Shown here: piece after piece, positions 48,631 through 58,874 of the stretch | How the letters are laid out: every line of letters starts with the position of its first letter | Numbering within the stretch: position 1 is the first letter of the stretch | IMG/VR virus record: IMGVR_UViG_3300023179_005195 | Location: 1 to 64,000 of that record | Length of the DNA: 64,000 nt | Source of the DNA: an uncultured virus (IMG/VR IMGVR_UViG_3300023179_005195) | Taxonomy: Duplodnaviria > Heunggongvirae > Uroviricota > Caudoviricetes | Strand: one strand, 5' to 3' | Position numbers and translations under genes: made by a program | The notes under the pieces: model-generated | Seen by the model: the letters and a program-made list of their open reading frames with translations, nothing else | The model's database searches: none | Told to the model about the DNA's origin: nothing

Positions 48631-49150
48631 TTACGATCCATCCTAGGCGTGTTAGGTCTTTACGTATTTCATCTGTAACGACACTTTCATTTACCCAGGT
48701 AGGATGTGGATCCTCTTCAATGCCACCACCAAGATCTATGTCGCCCTTAATACCAGAGCAATACCAATCTATGTAGTCACCTTTCTCTCTCATATCAGCC
48801 ACTATACCACCTGCGTATCTCCATGAGCAGTGCCAGCGCTTATCTGTAAGAATGGGCCAGGTATCTAACTTTTGAAAGTCATTGTTACACATTGCCGCAT
48901 ACAAATTTTGAGCATATGACTCGCTGGCCTTTGCCTTATCACAGATCCATTTAGTAGAGCGTAGATCGTATTCTAGGTTATCTTTTTGCCATTCTGGGTT
49001 CTGTTCTTGTTCTCTGCGTTGCTCTAACTCCGAGGTGAGAAAAGTGATGTATTCATTTTGGTCAGGATCTTCACCTTTTTCCTCTGATCTACGGCGAGCA
49101 TTATTCATAGCAAAAGAATTGCGTTCCGGGCTTTTGTTTAGATTACTCAT
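48614..49150 (-). CDS. Hypothetical protein
   Basis: YAQNLYAAMCNN, SWRYAGGIVA, GDYIDWYCSG. Confidence 0.75.
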   Translation of the reverse strand: MSNLNKSPERNSFAMNNARRRSEEKGEDPDQNEYITFLTSELEQRREQEQNPEWQKDNLEYDLRSTKWICDKAKASESYAQNLYAAMCNNDFQKLDTWPILTDKRWHCSWRYAGGIVADMREKGDYIDWYCSGIKGDIDLGGGIEEDPHPTWVNESVVTDEIRKDLTRLGWIVIESNN

Positions 49151-49151
49151 T

Positions 49152-49994
49152 TTAAGTCCAAAGACTATCGCGGATCTTAATCAAACGAATCATCATTTGG
49201 GTATCTTCGTCTTTTTGCTCTTGCTCAATTTTGTGGCATAGGTCCAAAATTTGCATAGTTTCCTTACGTTCATCTTCGGTTTCGCTTTCGCTACCCAAAA
49301 ATGCCAAATCATCTAAACCTTGCGCTCTGGCCTTCTCTCTACCCAATTCACAGCGAGCACTCCAACCACTGGCATCGTGTGGGTCTGGACGGTTGGGATA
49401 GACTTCCTTCCACCAAGTGTATAGTTCAAGGATTTCCTTTGCGGATATTGCTTGCTGGGTTGGTTCTTCCTTTTGGCCTTCTTCAATAAAGTCTTTATTG
49501 GTCAATGTCATTGCCCATTTAAGATGATCTACACCGGCTTCTGGACAACGCCAAGTACGCCAACGAAACCATCCTGTAGCATACCAAGGGCTTTTATATT
49601 TGTCACGAGCCTCCTTGTCCCAGGCTATGTGACTCCAAGCAGACTCAACTTCAACAAAATCAACGAGCTCATTGAAAAGGCAAGGGAGAAAACGATAGCC
49701 CACATCGCGCCATTGACCTCTAGGAATATCTCGTGGGTGAGCAGTAAGGCAGTGAGTTCTAGTGACCCAACGATTATTAATATAATACTTAATGTCATAA
49801 ACACGATCAATGGGCCACCATAGGAAATTTTGTACATAGTCTAACCCTTCCTCGGCGATCCAATATCTAATGGGATGTGTTTCCTTTGAGGCCTTATGCC
49901 ATTTAGCCCAACCCAAACTGGTCTCCGCACTAGGCTTATCTGTGCCACGTAGCCAATCAGCGAACCTGCTACAACTCCAGTAATGTTTCCTCAT
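49152..49994 (-). CDS. Trp-rich hypothetical protein
   Basis: Start moved to MRKHYWSC; ends IRLIKIRDSLWT. Confidence 0.75.
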   Translation of the reverse strand: MRKHYWSCSRFADWLRGTDKPSAETSLGWAKWHKASKETHPIRYWIAEEGLDYVQNFLWWPIDRVYDIKYYINNRWVTRTHCLTAHPRDIPRGQWRDVGYRFLPCLFNELVDFVEVESAWSHIAWDKEARDKYKSPWYATGWFRWRTWRCPEAGVDHLKWAMTLTNKDFIEEGQKEEPTQQAISAKEILELYTWWKEVYPNRPDPHDASGWSARCELGREKARAQGLDDLAFLGSESETEDERKETMQILDLCHKIEQEQKDEDTQMMIRLIKIRDSLWT

Positions 49995-49995
49995 G

Positions 49996-50280
49996 TTACG
50001 CCTTTTCGTATGTCTGCCAAAAAATATCGGGTTTACAGGGATAGAACTCTCCTTGGACACCTTTTATTATGTAATCACCTTCTGTGGCAATATGCTTAAC
50101 GGTAAGATGAACACCATCTTCTAATGTGCCAATTTCTGCTTCACCTAGAGCGTCTGGGTGACGTTCTTTGTGCGTATTACCCAAAGCAGATCCACAGAAT
50201 TCGCGGAGTTGTTCTATCCCTTCTTTACTATAAACAAATTCTAATGCTTCTATTGTAACAGGTTTCTTTCTATATTTCAA
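49996..50280 (-). CDS. Widespread phage hypothetical protein
   Basis: KYRKKPV.IEA...GDYIIKGVQGEFYPCKPDIF..TYE. Confidence 0.75.
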   Translation of the reverse strand: MKYRKKPVTIEALEFVYSKEGIEQLREFCGSALGNTHKERHPDALGEAEIGTLEDGVHLTVKHIATEGDYIIKGVQGEFYPCKPDIFWQTYEKA

Positions 50281-50975
50281 TCTTTCTTCTCGCCAAATAG
50301 TTGTAGTAGATTTAAAAATAAGTTTATAAAATCCAAATAGAGTGTTAGAGCGCCACTAATTTCCACTGCATCTGAGGTATCTACACTTAGCATTTCTCTT
50401 ATCTTTTGAGTATCGTAAGCAGTTAGTCCCAAAAATATAATGATAGCAAGAGCGCTAATGACCATGCCGAGTACACTGCTACCAATGAAAATATTGACAA
50501 TACTGGCAAGAATAATAGCGATAAGACCAACAAACATAAACTTTCCGACACTATCCAAGCTCTTCTTTGTGAAGTATCCGTATCCACTCATAACTCCAAA
50601 TAAAATTGCAGCACCCATAAAGGCACCAAATATACTACCCATTTTAAATATTATAAAGATAGTAGCAAAACTAAGCCCCATTAACGCAGCAAATCCGTGA
50701 AGTAAAGCAATAGCCACAAGCTTACTAGGCTCATTATTCAATGCGTATGAAATACCAAATACTGCAACTAATGGTAAGAACATGGTTATCCATTTCATCC
50801 AGCCTGTGAAGAAAAAGGCCATTAATGCTGGACTAGAACTTACAAATAAACTAACTATCATACTTGTCAAAACTGCTAGTGCCATATGTCCATAGACACG
50901 GCCCATGGCAGAATTAATCTCTTCCGCACTTCTATATGTAAAACTATTGTATGTTAAAATGTCTGTTCCAAACAT
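50277..50975 (-). CDS. Bax inhibitor-1/YccA family membrane protein
   Basis: About seven TM helices; AYDTQKI; ALTLYLDFINLF. Confidence 0.9.
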   Translation of the reverse strand: MFGTDILTYNSFTYRSAEEINSAMGRVYGHMALAVLTSMIVSLFVSSSPALMAFFFTGWMKWITMFLPLVAVFGISYALNNEPSKLVAIALLHGFAALMGLSFATIFIIFKMGSIFGAFMGAAILFGVMSGYGYFTKKSLDSVGKFMFVGLIAIILASIVNIFIGSSVLGMVISALAIIIFLGLTAYDTQKIREMLSVDTSDAVEISGALTLYLDFINLFLNLLQLFGEKKD

Positions 50976-50977
50976 GA

Positions 50978-51346
50978 TTACTCCTTTGGTAAAAATGGTT
51001 GTAGATGAGGAGGACTCCAACCATCGGGTTTCAATACTTTGCCATCCTCTCTCTTATTTACTTTTCCAGAGTTTACATCTATTTTTGATAGATTACTACG
51101 CATGACTTCTCGCCATGCACCTTCTGCATCTGCTCCCATTGAATGAATAGCACCGATGGTAACAACCAAAATGTCAATCAATGCATCTAATTGGTCTAAC
51201 TGTGTTTTAGATTCTTGCAGTTCAAGAAACTCTTCTGTTATTAATTTAAGATAGAGAGTAAACTGGCGCGAATTTATTTCGCCAACAGTTTGATCACAGG
51301 CTAACATAAATCGTTCTTGATCTTTAAAAGGATTAGACACGGTCAA
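50978..51346 (-). CDS. MazG-like/PRA-PH-like NTP pyrophosphohydrolase
   Basis: LITEEFLEL, DALIDILVV, EVMRSNLSK, REDGKVLKP. Confidence 0.8.
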   Translation of the reverse strand: MTVSNPFKDQERFMLACDQTVGEINSRQFTLYLKLITEEFLELQESKTQLDQLDALIDILVVTIGAIHSMGADAEGAWREVMRSNLSKIDVNSGKVNKREDGKVLKPDGWSPPHLQPFLPKE

Positions 51347-51641
51347 TTTTCCCCCATCTTAAATAGTATTCTGCTAGTTTTTTCTTTTCTAACTCACACA
51401 TTATAACACATTTATATCCATAGGCGTTATAGTCTACGCCAATTTGATAATTGACATCTTTACCATGTTCCATAATGAATTTTCCTTTATCTGTTTGCTG
51501 CCATTCCCATAGAGCAGCACCTGCATATATTTCTGGATCTTCTACATCACCCATATTGAAACGGTGAACACGAATCTTGTGCCACTCTTTCATCACATAT
51601 TGATCTTCCTCAAAGGTTTCAACCCAAATTATTTTGCCCAT
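51333..51641 (-). CDS. Hypothetical protein
   Basis: GDVEDPEIYA...YYLRWG. Confidence 0.65.
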   Translation of the reverse strand: MGKIIWVETFEEDQYVMKEWHKIRVHRFNMGDVEDPEIYAGAALWEWQQTDKGKFIMEHGKDVNYQIGVDYNAYGYKCVIMCELEKKKLAEYYLRWGKIDRV

Positions 51642-51958
51642 TTTAAATTAAACAAAGTGACAAATTTCTCTGCATCTTTCTTAGTTTTAAAATTCCACTG
51701 ATCCCAGGCCATCCTGCGAACATTTTTCCAATTACGTAGTTCATCTTGAACATGGGAAACGATGTCGTCGAATCTAACTGTGTGCTGATCAACATCCAGT
51801 ATCTCTTTGCGATGCTCATAGTGTTCAACCAGTACCAACCTAGTTTCTCTACCTTCTTTAGATAATTCGCATCTAATCGATGGACCGTTTATAAGCATTC
51901 GTCTAAGTTCATCATAATCTGGATTAAATGCCTGCAGGATATGAGTCCACGTAGTCAA
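51629..51958 (-). CDS. Hypothetical protein
   Basis: RMAWDQWNFK...AEKFVTLFNLKW. Confidence 0.65.
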   Translation of the reverse strand: MTTWTHILQAFNPDYDELRRMLINGPSIRCELSKEGRETRLVLVEHYEHRKEILDVDQHTVRFDDIVSHVQDELRNWKNVRRMAWDQWNFKTKKDAEKFVTLFNLKWAK

Positions 51959-52404
51959 GTTTTTTTCTTCCTATTGTAGAACTTACGTTTAGGTTTTTCC
52001 GGTTTAATCATTAACGGAGTATGCTTGTTTGCCTTTTGTGATTTTTCAATAGCTGCATGTATCTGTTCGGCAGTGGGTTCTTCTAAGTCTTCAGGATTTG
52101 TATCTGAGGAAAAATTATATCCTACCTTTTTCATAAATCTATCAGTAACCGATTTACTTGTACCAAGACTTCTATACATGCCAATTGGACCATGTTGATC
52201 TTGACTCATATTTTCCCATTGTCTTATTTCTAGTAATGGTTCTATATGAGTTGGAATTTCTACAATATAGTAATAATCATTTGAGTAATTAGGATGATCC
52301 ATGACAAACTTCTTAATAACTTCACCTTTTACCAGTCTATTATCTCTGTGGATACCATGTATCCATACTGGATCACCTAAAATGTAATCTTTTTTAATAT
52401 CCAT
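51955..52404 (-). CDS. Hypothetical protein
   Basis: IPTHIEPLLEIR motif. Confidence 0.7.
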   Translation of the reverse strand: MDIKKDYILGDPVWIHGIHRDNRLVKGEVIKKFVMDHPNYSNDYYYIVEIPTHIEPLLEIRQWENMSQDQHGPIGMYRSLGTSKSVTDRFMKKVGYNFSSDTNPEDLEEPTAEQIHAAIEKSQKANKHTPLMIKPEKPKRKFYNRKKKT

Positions 52405-52413
52405 ATTTCAATA

Positions 52414-52578
52414 CTAACCTTGCGGTTGAATGTCTTTATTTTTAGCCTCTAATAAATCTTTGACAAATTTTATGGCTTTCCTAGCACTATCATAGACATA
52501 TTCTTCATCTTCATCTTCAGTCCGCAATACAACAATGACACCGTTCATACATTTGCGAATTTCAATAGATTCGAACAT
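52414..52578 (-). CDS. Small hypothetical protein
   Basis: Hand-translated MFESIEIRKCMNGVIV..., 54 aa, SD AAGG. Confidence 0.55.
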   Translation of the reverse strand: MFESIEIRKCMNGVIVVLRTEDEDEEYVYDSARKAIKFVKDLLEAKNKDIQPQG

Positions 52579-52589
52579 AATTTTACCTT

Positions 52590-53312
52590 TTAATTTTTTG
52601 GCACACTTAAGTTATAATTAAAGTGGAAGATACCTATATGAGCAACTTCTTTACTTAATTCTTGATCACACCAAATTTCATATCCTGCCTTTTGTGCCTG
52701 TTGACAGAAAAATATATCTTCTCCAATTTCTAAATTTAAACTGGGAATATATTCCTGTAAATAATGTGGTTGTGGTATACGTTCGTATACTTCCCTATGA
52801 ACTAAAACTAATCCATGCGGCAAAACGTCGATTAACTCCATCGGAGGACTGTTGTCAGTGGTATGAAATTCACTAAACTGTCCTGCATTACCCATCATCC
52901 CTGTGAAGTTTGGATTAGGAAATCTACGTCTACGATAGTTACAGCCTACAATGGCCTTGTTTCTTTTTAGTAGTCTAAGGGGAGTATCAACAGGAAATTT
53001 CATATCTGAATCTACCCACCAGATATAATCAAAATCGCTCTTTAGAAAAATGTCAACTAAGTTTCTACGTGCAATTGTTATAACGCTTCCAATGTTAAAT
53101 GCACAATTAATACGAACGCCGTGTGCAACCATATTAGCACAGGCCATGGCTAAGTGTTGTGCGAATTCGGCATTTACCATTTCCATTGCAGGTACTGCTA
53201 CCATTACACTTGGTGGACGACCTTGTGAATCTGTTTGTGCTGGTGTTTGATTGATATTAGCTGATGCCGGAGTCTGAATTCGACTGGGAATATTTAATTT
53301 ACCTTTTTTCAT
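52590..53312 (-). CDS. GT-A/GT2-like glycosyltransferase
   Basis: ARRNLV, WVDSD (DxD), GEDIFFC, HIG. Confidence 0.75.
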   Translation of the reverse strand: MKKGKLNIPSRIQTPASANINQTPAQTDSQGRPPSVMVAVPAMEMVNAEFAQHLAMACANMVAHGVRINCAFNIGSVITIARRNLVDIFLKSDFDYIWWVDSDMKFPVDTPLRLLKRNKAIVGCNYRRRRFPNPNFTGMMGNAGQFSEFHTTDNSPPMELIDVLPHGLVLVHREVYERIPQPHYLQEYIPSLNLEIGEDIFFCQQAQKAGYEIWCDQELSKEVAHIGIFHFNYNLSVPKN

Positions 53313-53326
53313 TTGTTACCTTTAAG

Positions 53327-54016
53327 TTATCGTTTCTGGCAAGAATTTACAATATTCATAAATTCTAATCGTACACTGGGATCTGATTTAAATACTCCTC
53401 CCAATTTACTAGTTGTAGTAGATGAACCTGTGTCCTCAACTCCTCTACTTTTGACACAATAATGTTGGGCGTCGATAACTACCGCAATATTTTCTGTATC
53501 TAAAATATAGGATAACGCATGATATATCTGTTCAGTAAGTCTTTCTTGAATTTGAGGACGTTTACTAAAATATTCTACTACTCTATTAATTTTACTCAAT
53601 CCTAGTACTTTTGTTCTTGGTATGTATGCTACTGTGGCCAATCCGTCAATAACAACAAAATGATGCTCACAATTGGATTGAACATTAATATTACGTTCTA
53701 CGACCATTTCATCGTATTTCATTTTATTGTCCACTGTGGTACATTTAGGAAATGCTTCCCAATCTAACCCCCAGAAGATTTCATTTACATACATCTTGGC
53801 CACACGCTTTGGTGTTTCTGCTAGACTATCATCTGATAAATCTAGATCAAGAGCCTTCATTATTTGAGAAAACAATTGCTCAATTACTTCAATTTTACCT
53901 TTACGATCTATTATAAAGGTTCGTTCACTAGTAGGAGTTTCTACTCCGCATTTTACCAAATGTTCATGAATACGACGACCAAGATCAGGGTCTGTTTTAG
54001 TTTTATTATAAGACAT
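53327..54016 (-). CDS. folE: GTP cyclohydrolase I
   Basis: ETPKRVAKMY, SNCEHH, GLSKINR, RPQIQERL, HYCVKSRG; start MSYNKTK. Confidence 0.95.
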   Translation of the reverse strand: MSYNKTKTDPDLGRRIHEHLVKCGVETPTSERTFIIDRKGKIEVIEQLFSQIMKALDLDLSDDSLAETPKRVAKMYVNEIFWGLDWEAFPKCTTVDNKMKYDEMVVERNINVQSNCEHHFVVIDGLATVAYIPRTKVLGLSKINRVVEYFSKRPQIQERLTEQIYHALSYILDTENIAVVIDAQHYCVKSRGVEDTGSSTTTSKLGGVFKSDPSVRLEFMNIVNSCQKR

Positions 54017-54085
54017 TATATTTCCTTCCTTACGCGGTACGCTTAATTTGTCACCGTTATGTGACATTCATATTTATTTGTCAGA

Positions 54086-54337
54086 TTAATAGTCATTCAG
54101 TAATCCTGAAATCATCATCTCACGTTCTGTCATATGTGCGACAGGTCGAAGCCAACCTTTACCAAGACATTCTAAAATTATGTCTTTATATTTCTCTGGA
54201 CATTTTCGGGCGATTTCAAAACTTGCTCTTGGAGACACTGTCATTTCATCATTGATTAAAAATGCAGGGTTATCTGTCTTGATTGAAATAATCTGAGATT
54301 GATAAGTTTTAAAGTTCATACTTGATTGTAACATCAA
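54086..54337 (-). CDS. Hypothetical protein
   Basis: PRASFEI..CP...GWLRPVA. Confidence 0.6.
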   Translation of the reverse strand: MMLQSSMNFKTYQSQIISIKTDNPAFLINDEMTVSPRASFEIARKCPEKYKDIILECLGKGWLRPVAHMTEREMMISGLLNDY

Positions 54338-54349
54338 GTTATATGAGTG

Positions 54350-55063
54350 TCAATACCAGATATAAAAATTATTTTTAAACGGCTTTCCATTTTTTGCCTT
54401 ATTGAGATTTTTTTGAATTTGCTTTTTGAGTCGTTGCATCACAGGATGGTTCCAATCTTTTTTAAAAACCTGTAAGTATTTCCTTAAACATGGCATTTTG
54501 GTTGTATGGCATTTAATTTTACCATCTAAAAAATCTATAATACGTAGATTATCATTTTTAAACTTCATTAGTAGTTCACAGGCAATGTTAAAACTGTAGG
54601 CATCTATCTCATCTCTATGTCCAAGATAATTTTGTTCTTCTCTTAATTCAGTATGTTTTACTACACTTATATAATTAGGAATGTCTTTATAATTTCTTTT
54701 TCTATATTGCCTCATATGGATAATTTCGTGTAACATAACATCACTTATTAAACTAGCTAAAGAAAATAAATTCGATGTGCATATGCTGATTTTTTTATAT
54801 CTTTTAGCATAATAACAATCTATTGTGATAGATTTTTTTCCTAATTGATCTGATTCGGCACAATAAGAGCCCCCTATATAAATTTCATTTTTTGGAACTT
54901 TAGGTGTATAGTGAGCTTTTACAATAACTGGTGCAATTGACTTTATATGCCTAGATAGACGTTTATGAAATAAGGTTACAGGTAGATCATCATCCTGCAA
55001 ATTATATGTTTGATATATACTGTCTATAATATGGTTTCTAGATAAATTAGCCCAGATAAACAT
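54350..55063 (-). CDS. HExxH zincin-like metallopeptidase
   Basis: LHEIIHMRQY...DEIDAY; start MFIWAN. Confidence 0.65.
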   Translation of the reverse strand: MFIWANLSRNHIIDSIYQTYNLQDDDLPVTLFHKRLSRHIKSIAPVIVKAHYTPKVPKNEIYIGGSYCAESDQLGKKSITIDCYYAKRYKKISICTSNLFSLASLISDVMLHEIIHMRQYRKRNYKDIPNYISVVKHTELREEQNYLGHRDEIDAYSFNIACELLMKFKNDNLRIIDFLDGKIKCHTTKMPCLRKYLQVFKKDWNHPVMQRLKKQIQKNLNKAKNGKPFKNNFYIWY

Positions 55064-55071
55064 CAAAATAT

Positions 55072-55773
55072 TTATAATATTAATTTTTTTGGAATCATAT
55101 ATAACCAATTCATTACACCAGGCCTACCTTCACTCAATAGCAAATTTTTTTCTTCTTTGGTTAGATCTTTAATAGCATGATGATCCGATGTTTTGTTTAA
55201 ATCATCTAAGATATTAAAGACATGATGTGAATCATTAAATCTTTCATTTAAAATTTGCGTAATAGGAATACCTTGAAAATCGTGGCATTCAACAATAATA
55301 CACGATTTTACCAATTCGCTGTTTATGTTTTGATCTAAAAAAGTTATCTCATACCCTTCAACATCTATGAATAAAAAAGGTTTCTTGTACTTGCGCATAA
55401 TATATTGTATTACATCTATATCAGCATAGTTCCATAATTCTACATTAGATAACTTATTTGATTGAAGATTATACAAAGCATTAATTAGCTCGTGTTCTGC
55501 ATTATCTATAAGAATGTTTCTGACATTGGGGAGTCGTTTAGCTAACCCTAACCCGTAATATCCTTCACCACACCCTAAATTTATAACTAAATCTGGTTGG
55601 TAGTTTATTGTCTGTTCAATGGCAGCGTAAAGTTGCGATTCATAACTTCCTAATAATTTATTTCCTAAACATCCATTGTCGTAATTGCATAATTTTAAAC
55701 CAGTAAAGGGTCCTTGTTGAACAATCCCTTGTGTTCTTTCATGTACAATATTATTTAAATATGTTCTATTCAT
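55072..55773 (-). CDS. Class I SAM-dependent methyltransferase (FkbM-like)
   Basis: GSYE, INLGCGEGYYG, IDVEGYE, IVECH; start MNRTYL. Confidence 0.75.
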   Translation of the reverse strand: MNRTYLNNIVHERTQGIVQQGPFTGLKLCNYDNGCLGNKLLGSYESQLYAAIEQTINYQPDLVINLGCGEGYYGLGLAKRLPNVRNILIDNAEHELINALYNLQSNKLSNVELWNYADIDVIQYIMRKYKKPFLFIDVEGYEITFLDQNINSELVKSCIIVECHDFQGIPITQILNERFNDSHHVFNILDDLNKTSDHHAIKDLTKEEKNLLLSEGRPGVMNWLYMIPKKLIL

Positions 55774-56524
55774 ACAATAATCTTCCATCTTTACTGGTAT
55801 ATCTTTTATTAGGGTCAAAATGACCGTATGTTTCAAACCCAGGTTCTCCTGGTAATATACGTTTGCCTGTGAACCATTCACCGATATGGTTTATAAGTTT
55901 AAGTCCAAAAAAGTTTTTAACATTGGCAGATACCATGCCGTATTTGTCATTTAAAATTTTACCAATTGTCCCTTCATTAATATTATGAGAAATTAATTCT
56001 TTCCAGGGATACTTAATTATATTATGGCTATAAAGACTGGCCATAGGTGAAAATATGCAACTATTTTTTTGGTACCTAAAATTCTTGTAAATTATATCAT
56101 CGTTGTTTGCACTAGGATCTTGCTCATTACTGTACCAAGCCTGTCTAGATAATGTAACCTGACTGATTTGTTTGTCTTTTTCTAAAATTTCAATTAAATC
56201 ACTTATACAAATAGGTTCTAGAAAGACCACATCATCCTCTTGATGAAATATATAATCATACTCTCTATCTCTTATCATATTCCAAAATTCTGTCCAGGTA
56301 GCACTTAGACCAATATTGTTCTTATGAAAAATTATTTCGTTATAGTTATAGTAAGTTAAAAATGATCTTAACATAAGATCATTTCTTGTCCTGGGATAAT
56401 CATCTATAAAAATCTTATCAACTTTACATCCGTACCAATTTAACATTCTTTGACTATTCAAACTTGGGATTAGATATTCTAGTCTGTTAGTGCTAAAAAT
56501 GATGTGACAAATTTTATAACTCAT
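55766..56524 (-). CDS. GT2-like glycosyltransferase
   Basis: FIDD, NIGL, FHQEDD, HIG. Confidence 0.7.
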   Translation of the reverse strand: MSYKICHIIFSTNRLEYLIPSLNSQRMLNWYGCKVDKIFIDDYPRTRNDLMLRSFLTYYNYNEIIFHKNNIGLSATWTEFWNMIRDREYDYIFHQEDDVVFLEPICISDLIEILEKDKQISQVTLSRQAWYSNEQDPSANNDDIIYKNFRYQKNSCIFSPMASLYSHNIIKYPWKELISHNINEGTIGKILNDKYGMVSANVKNFFGLKLINHIGEWFTGKRILPGEPGFETYGHFDPNKRYTSKDGRLLYE

Positions 56525-57063
56525 TATGTATCAAAGAAAAAAGTTTGAAAAAGTCTTCCATTGTGTAGATTATCACCAAAATAATCTATACTCGCATGAA
56601 ATAAGTCTCCTCTATACAAGATTAATCTATTATACCTATTTCCTATTTTATCGAACAGATCCCATTTGGTAAAATCATACCCTTCATAGTCGGTATCTAC
56701 TCTTCTATAATTTTTAGATAGTTTGTGTTGGTAAAGAGCAGTTCCTGCACTTACAGGAGCATCTGGGCTAAGATAACATACTCCTGCCCATTTGTTAAAG
56801 TAGTCACTGTGTATCCAAGTTCTATCTTGTGCAGTAGCTATTTGAAAAGCCCCTGTATATCCGTAATTTTCAAACCAATTAGTAATACGTCCTACAGGAT
56901 TCATCCAATGTTGGATTGAAAATTTTACATCTTCGGGCAAATATGGTCTTGTTCTAGCACCCGGAAAATTACCAGTGACATTAAAAGGCAGGCTCAACGC
57001 ATAATTTCTAACTATATCAGGATTGGTATAGAAATTATCTACAATAATTAAGGTAAGATCCAT
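56524..57063 (-). CDS. 2OG-Fe(II) oxygenase-like protein (DUF6445-like)
   Basis: VDNFY..PD, WIHSD (HxD), YNRLILY..FH, RLFQ. Confidence 0.78.
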   Translation of the reverse strand: MDLTLIIVDNFYTNPDIVRNYALSLPFNVTGNFPGARTRPYLPEDVKFSIQHWMNPVGRITNWFENYGYTGAFQIATAQDRTWIHSDYFNKWAGVCYLSPDAPVSAGTALYQHKLSKNYRRVDTDYEGYDFTKWDLFDKIGNRYNRLILYRGDLFHASIDYFGDNLHNGRLFQTFFFDT

Positions 57064-57824
57064 TAATATTTTAAATACCTTCCATTAACACCGTCCCATC
57101 CATTTACGGTCCATGGAACATGAATTATATCTTGTTCAAATTCTCTTGTAAAGAAATATAATAAAGTTTCTATATCGTAATGTGTTGAATTTTCTTTGCC
57201 TGTTATTTCGCAGATTACTCGATTTATGTCTAGCATTTTATCTAGATATTGTGATCCCCAACCATATAATACACTAGAGTATTGATAAAGTTTATTATCA
57301 CCTTGTAAAGCTCTTCTATCTACCATTTGATAACCCCAGTTATCATTCCAGTCAAAGCTAAGATGATTTTTAAAGAATAGTTTATCTGTGTTTTCTGGTG
57401 TAAAATATTCTAAGCTAAAAGATCCATCTATAAAATACCTACCACTAAGTTTACATATATAATCGTAATGTCTAAGTTCGTCATAAAATTTTTCCATAAA
57501 TGTTTTTACTATTGTTGTTTCGCAATGACTTTTATTATTATGAGTCCTTACCTTGTGATATATTTCTGGAAATAATTTTTTTACACTGATAAATTTACAG
57601 CGTCTTTGCCAGTTTATCACGCCTTCATAAGAGTCGTAATTATCTGACGCATCTATTACAAAAATATCTAGTTCGGGATTTCTTACTAGGTCTAAAGAAT
57701 TAACAGTGAATAGTGTTTGTCGAAGTCTTTCTTCTGATGAGAAATGAGACCTAACCTGGCTATAAGTTAATGGATACTGATTGTCAACATCTATACTACT
57801 TGTTACTATAAAAGCAATTTTCAT
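57063..57824 (-). CDS. Hypothetical glycosylation-island protein
   Basis: ERLRQT, KLSGRY; GT-A-like appearance. Confidence 0.6.
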   Translation of the reverse strand: MKIAFIVTSSIDVDNQYPLTYSQVRSHFSSEERLRQTLFTVNSLDLVRNPELDIFVIDASDNYDSYEGVINWQRRCKFISVKKLFPEIYHKVRTHNNKSHCETTIVKTFMEKFYDELRHYDYICKLSGRYFIDGSFSLEYFTPENTDKLFFKNHLSFDWNDNWGYQMVDRRALQGDNKLYQYSSVLYGWGSQYLDKMLDINRVICEITGKENSTHYDIETLLYFFTREFEQDIIHVPWTVNGWDGVNGRYLKY

Positions 57825-58840
57825 CTATAGAAATCTTTTGATTGTAATTTGACCAAATAGTCATGATATTTTTTATATATCACTTCTTCTCCGTAATTAT
57901 CTTCAGCAAATTTTCTGCAAACATGTGGGTCAATAGTATGTATATTTTTCAAAGCATCTACGAACTCTCTCATTTCTCTACATCTAAATCCTGTAACACC
58001 ATGTACTACTGTATCTATAAAACCACCCCAATCAGTGGTTATCGATGGTGTACCAGATAAGTATCCTTCAATTACCATATTTCCAAAAGGTTCTATATAG
58101 TATGTAGGTCCAAATATTGCTTTGGCATTTTTCATTAGTTCTTTTCTTTGTCGTGCGTCGCACAATCCTACACAGGTAACATGTTCGGGTATTTCTTTAT
58201 ATCCTAGATCTTCTAGAGAACCTGGTCCTGCTATTATTAATTTATCACCCGATAATTGAGTAGCCTGTATACAAACATTTATTCCTTTACTTTCTATTAC
58301 TCTTCCAAAATAAAGAACATAGTTTTCTTTTTTGGCTGTAAATTCAAATTCGCTTGGAGTAAATCCATTAGATATTACAGCATCAAACCAGCTAGGAGTC
58401 ATTAACATCTTATGATGCCCATAGTACATATGTTGTACAGCATAAGAAGAGAACACTCTAAAAGGGGCAAATACAGCAGTATGATCATAGGCTATGTATG
58501 GTTCTACAATAGTTAAGTCAATGTTCATTTCTGCTGCTTGCTGGTTGCCCCATCCATGAAAACACATGATCATGTCTCCAGGTTTTTTACGTTGTTGAAT
58601 TTCTTTACCTGCGTTGACATTGTATACTCTCATGTTTTCCTGGTAGTCATTATAGATAAAAGGTAACGCCATGACAGTTTCGCAATTAACTTGGCAACCT
58701 GGTATTCCATAATGTATACAATCCCAACCGTATTTCATCATGTTGTCAATAAACTTAACGGCTCCTACAGCAAACGCATCTATACGATTATCAATGTGTA
58801 CAGGTTTGTCTGGAGCAGAAAGTATGTGTAATGTAGTCAT
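57821..58840 (-). CDS. GT-B (GT4) glycosyltransferase
   Basis: FGRVIESKG, EPFGNMVIEGYLSGTP, VVHGVTGF. Confidence 0.88.
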   Translation of the reverse strand: MTTLHILSAPDKPVHIDNRIDAFAVGAVKFIDNMMKYGWDCIHYGIPGCQVNCETVMALPFIYNDYQENMRVYNVNAGKEIQQRKKPGDMIMCFHGWGNQQAAEMNIDLTIVEPYIAYDHTAVFAPFRVFSSYAVQHMYYGHHKMLMTPSWFDAVISNGFTPSEFEFTAKKENYVLYFGRVIESKGINVCIQATQLSGDKLIIAGPGSLEDLGYKEIPEHVTCVGLCDARQRKELMKNAKAIFGPTYYIEPFGNMVIEGYLSGTPSITTDWGGFIDTVVHGVTGFRCREMREFVDALKNIHTIDPHVCRKFAEDNYGEEVIYKKYHDYLVKLQSKDFYR

Positions 58841-58874
58841 ATTATTAATTATCTTAATACTTAATTACAAAAAA

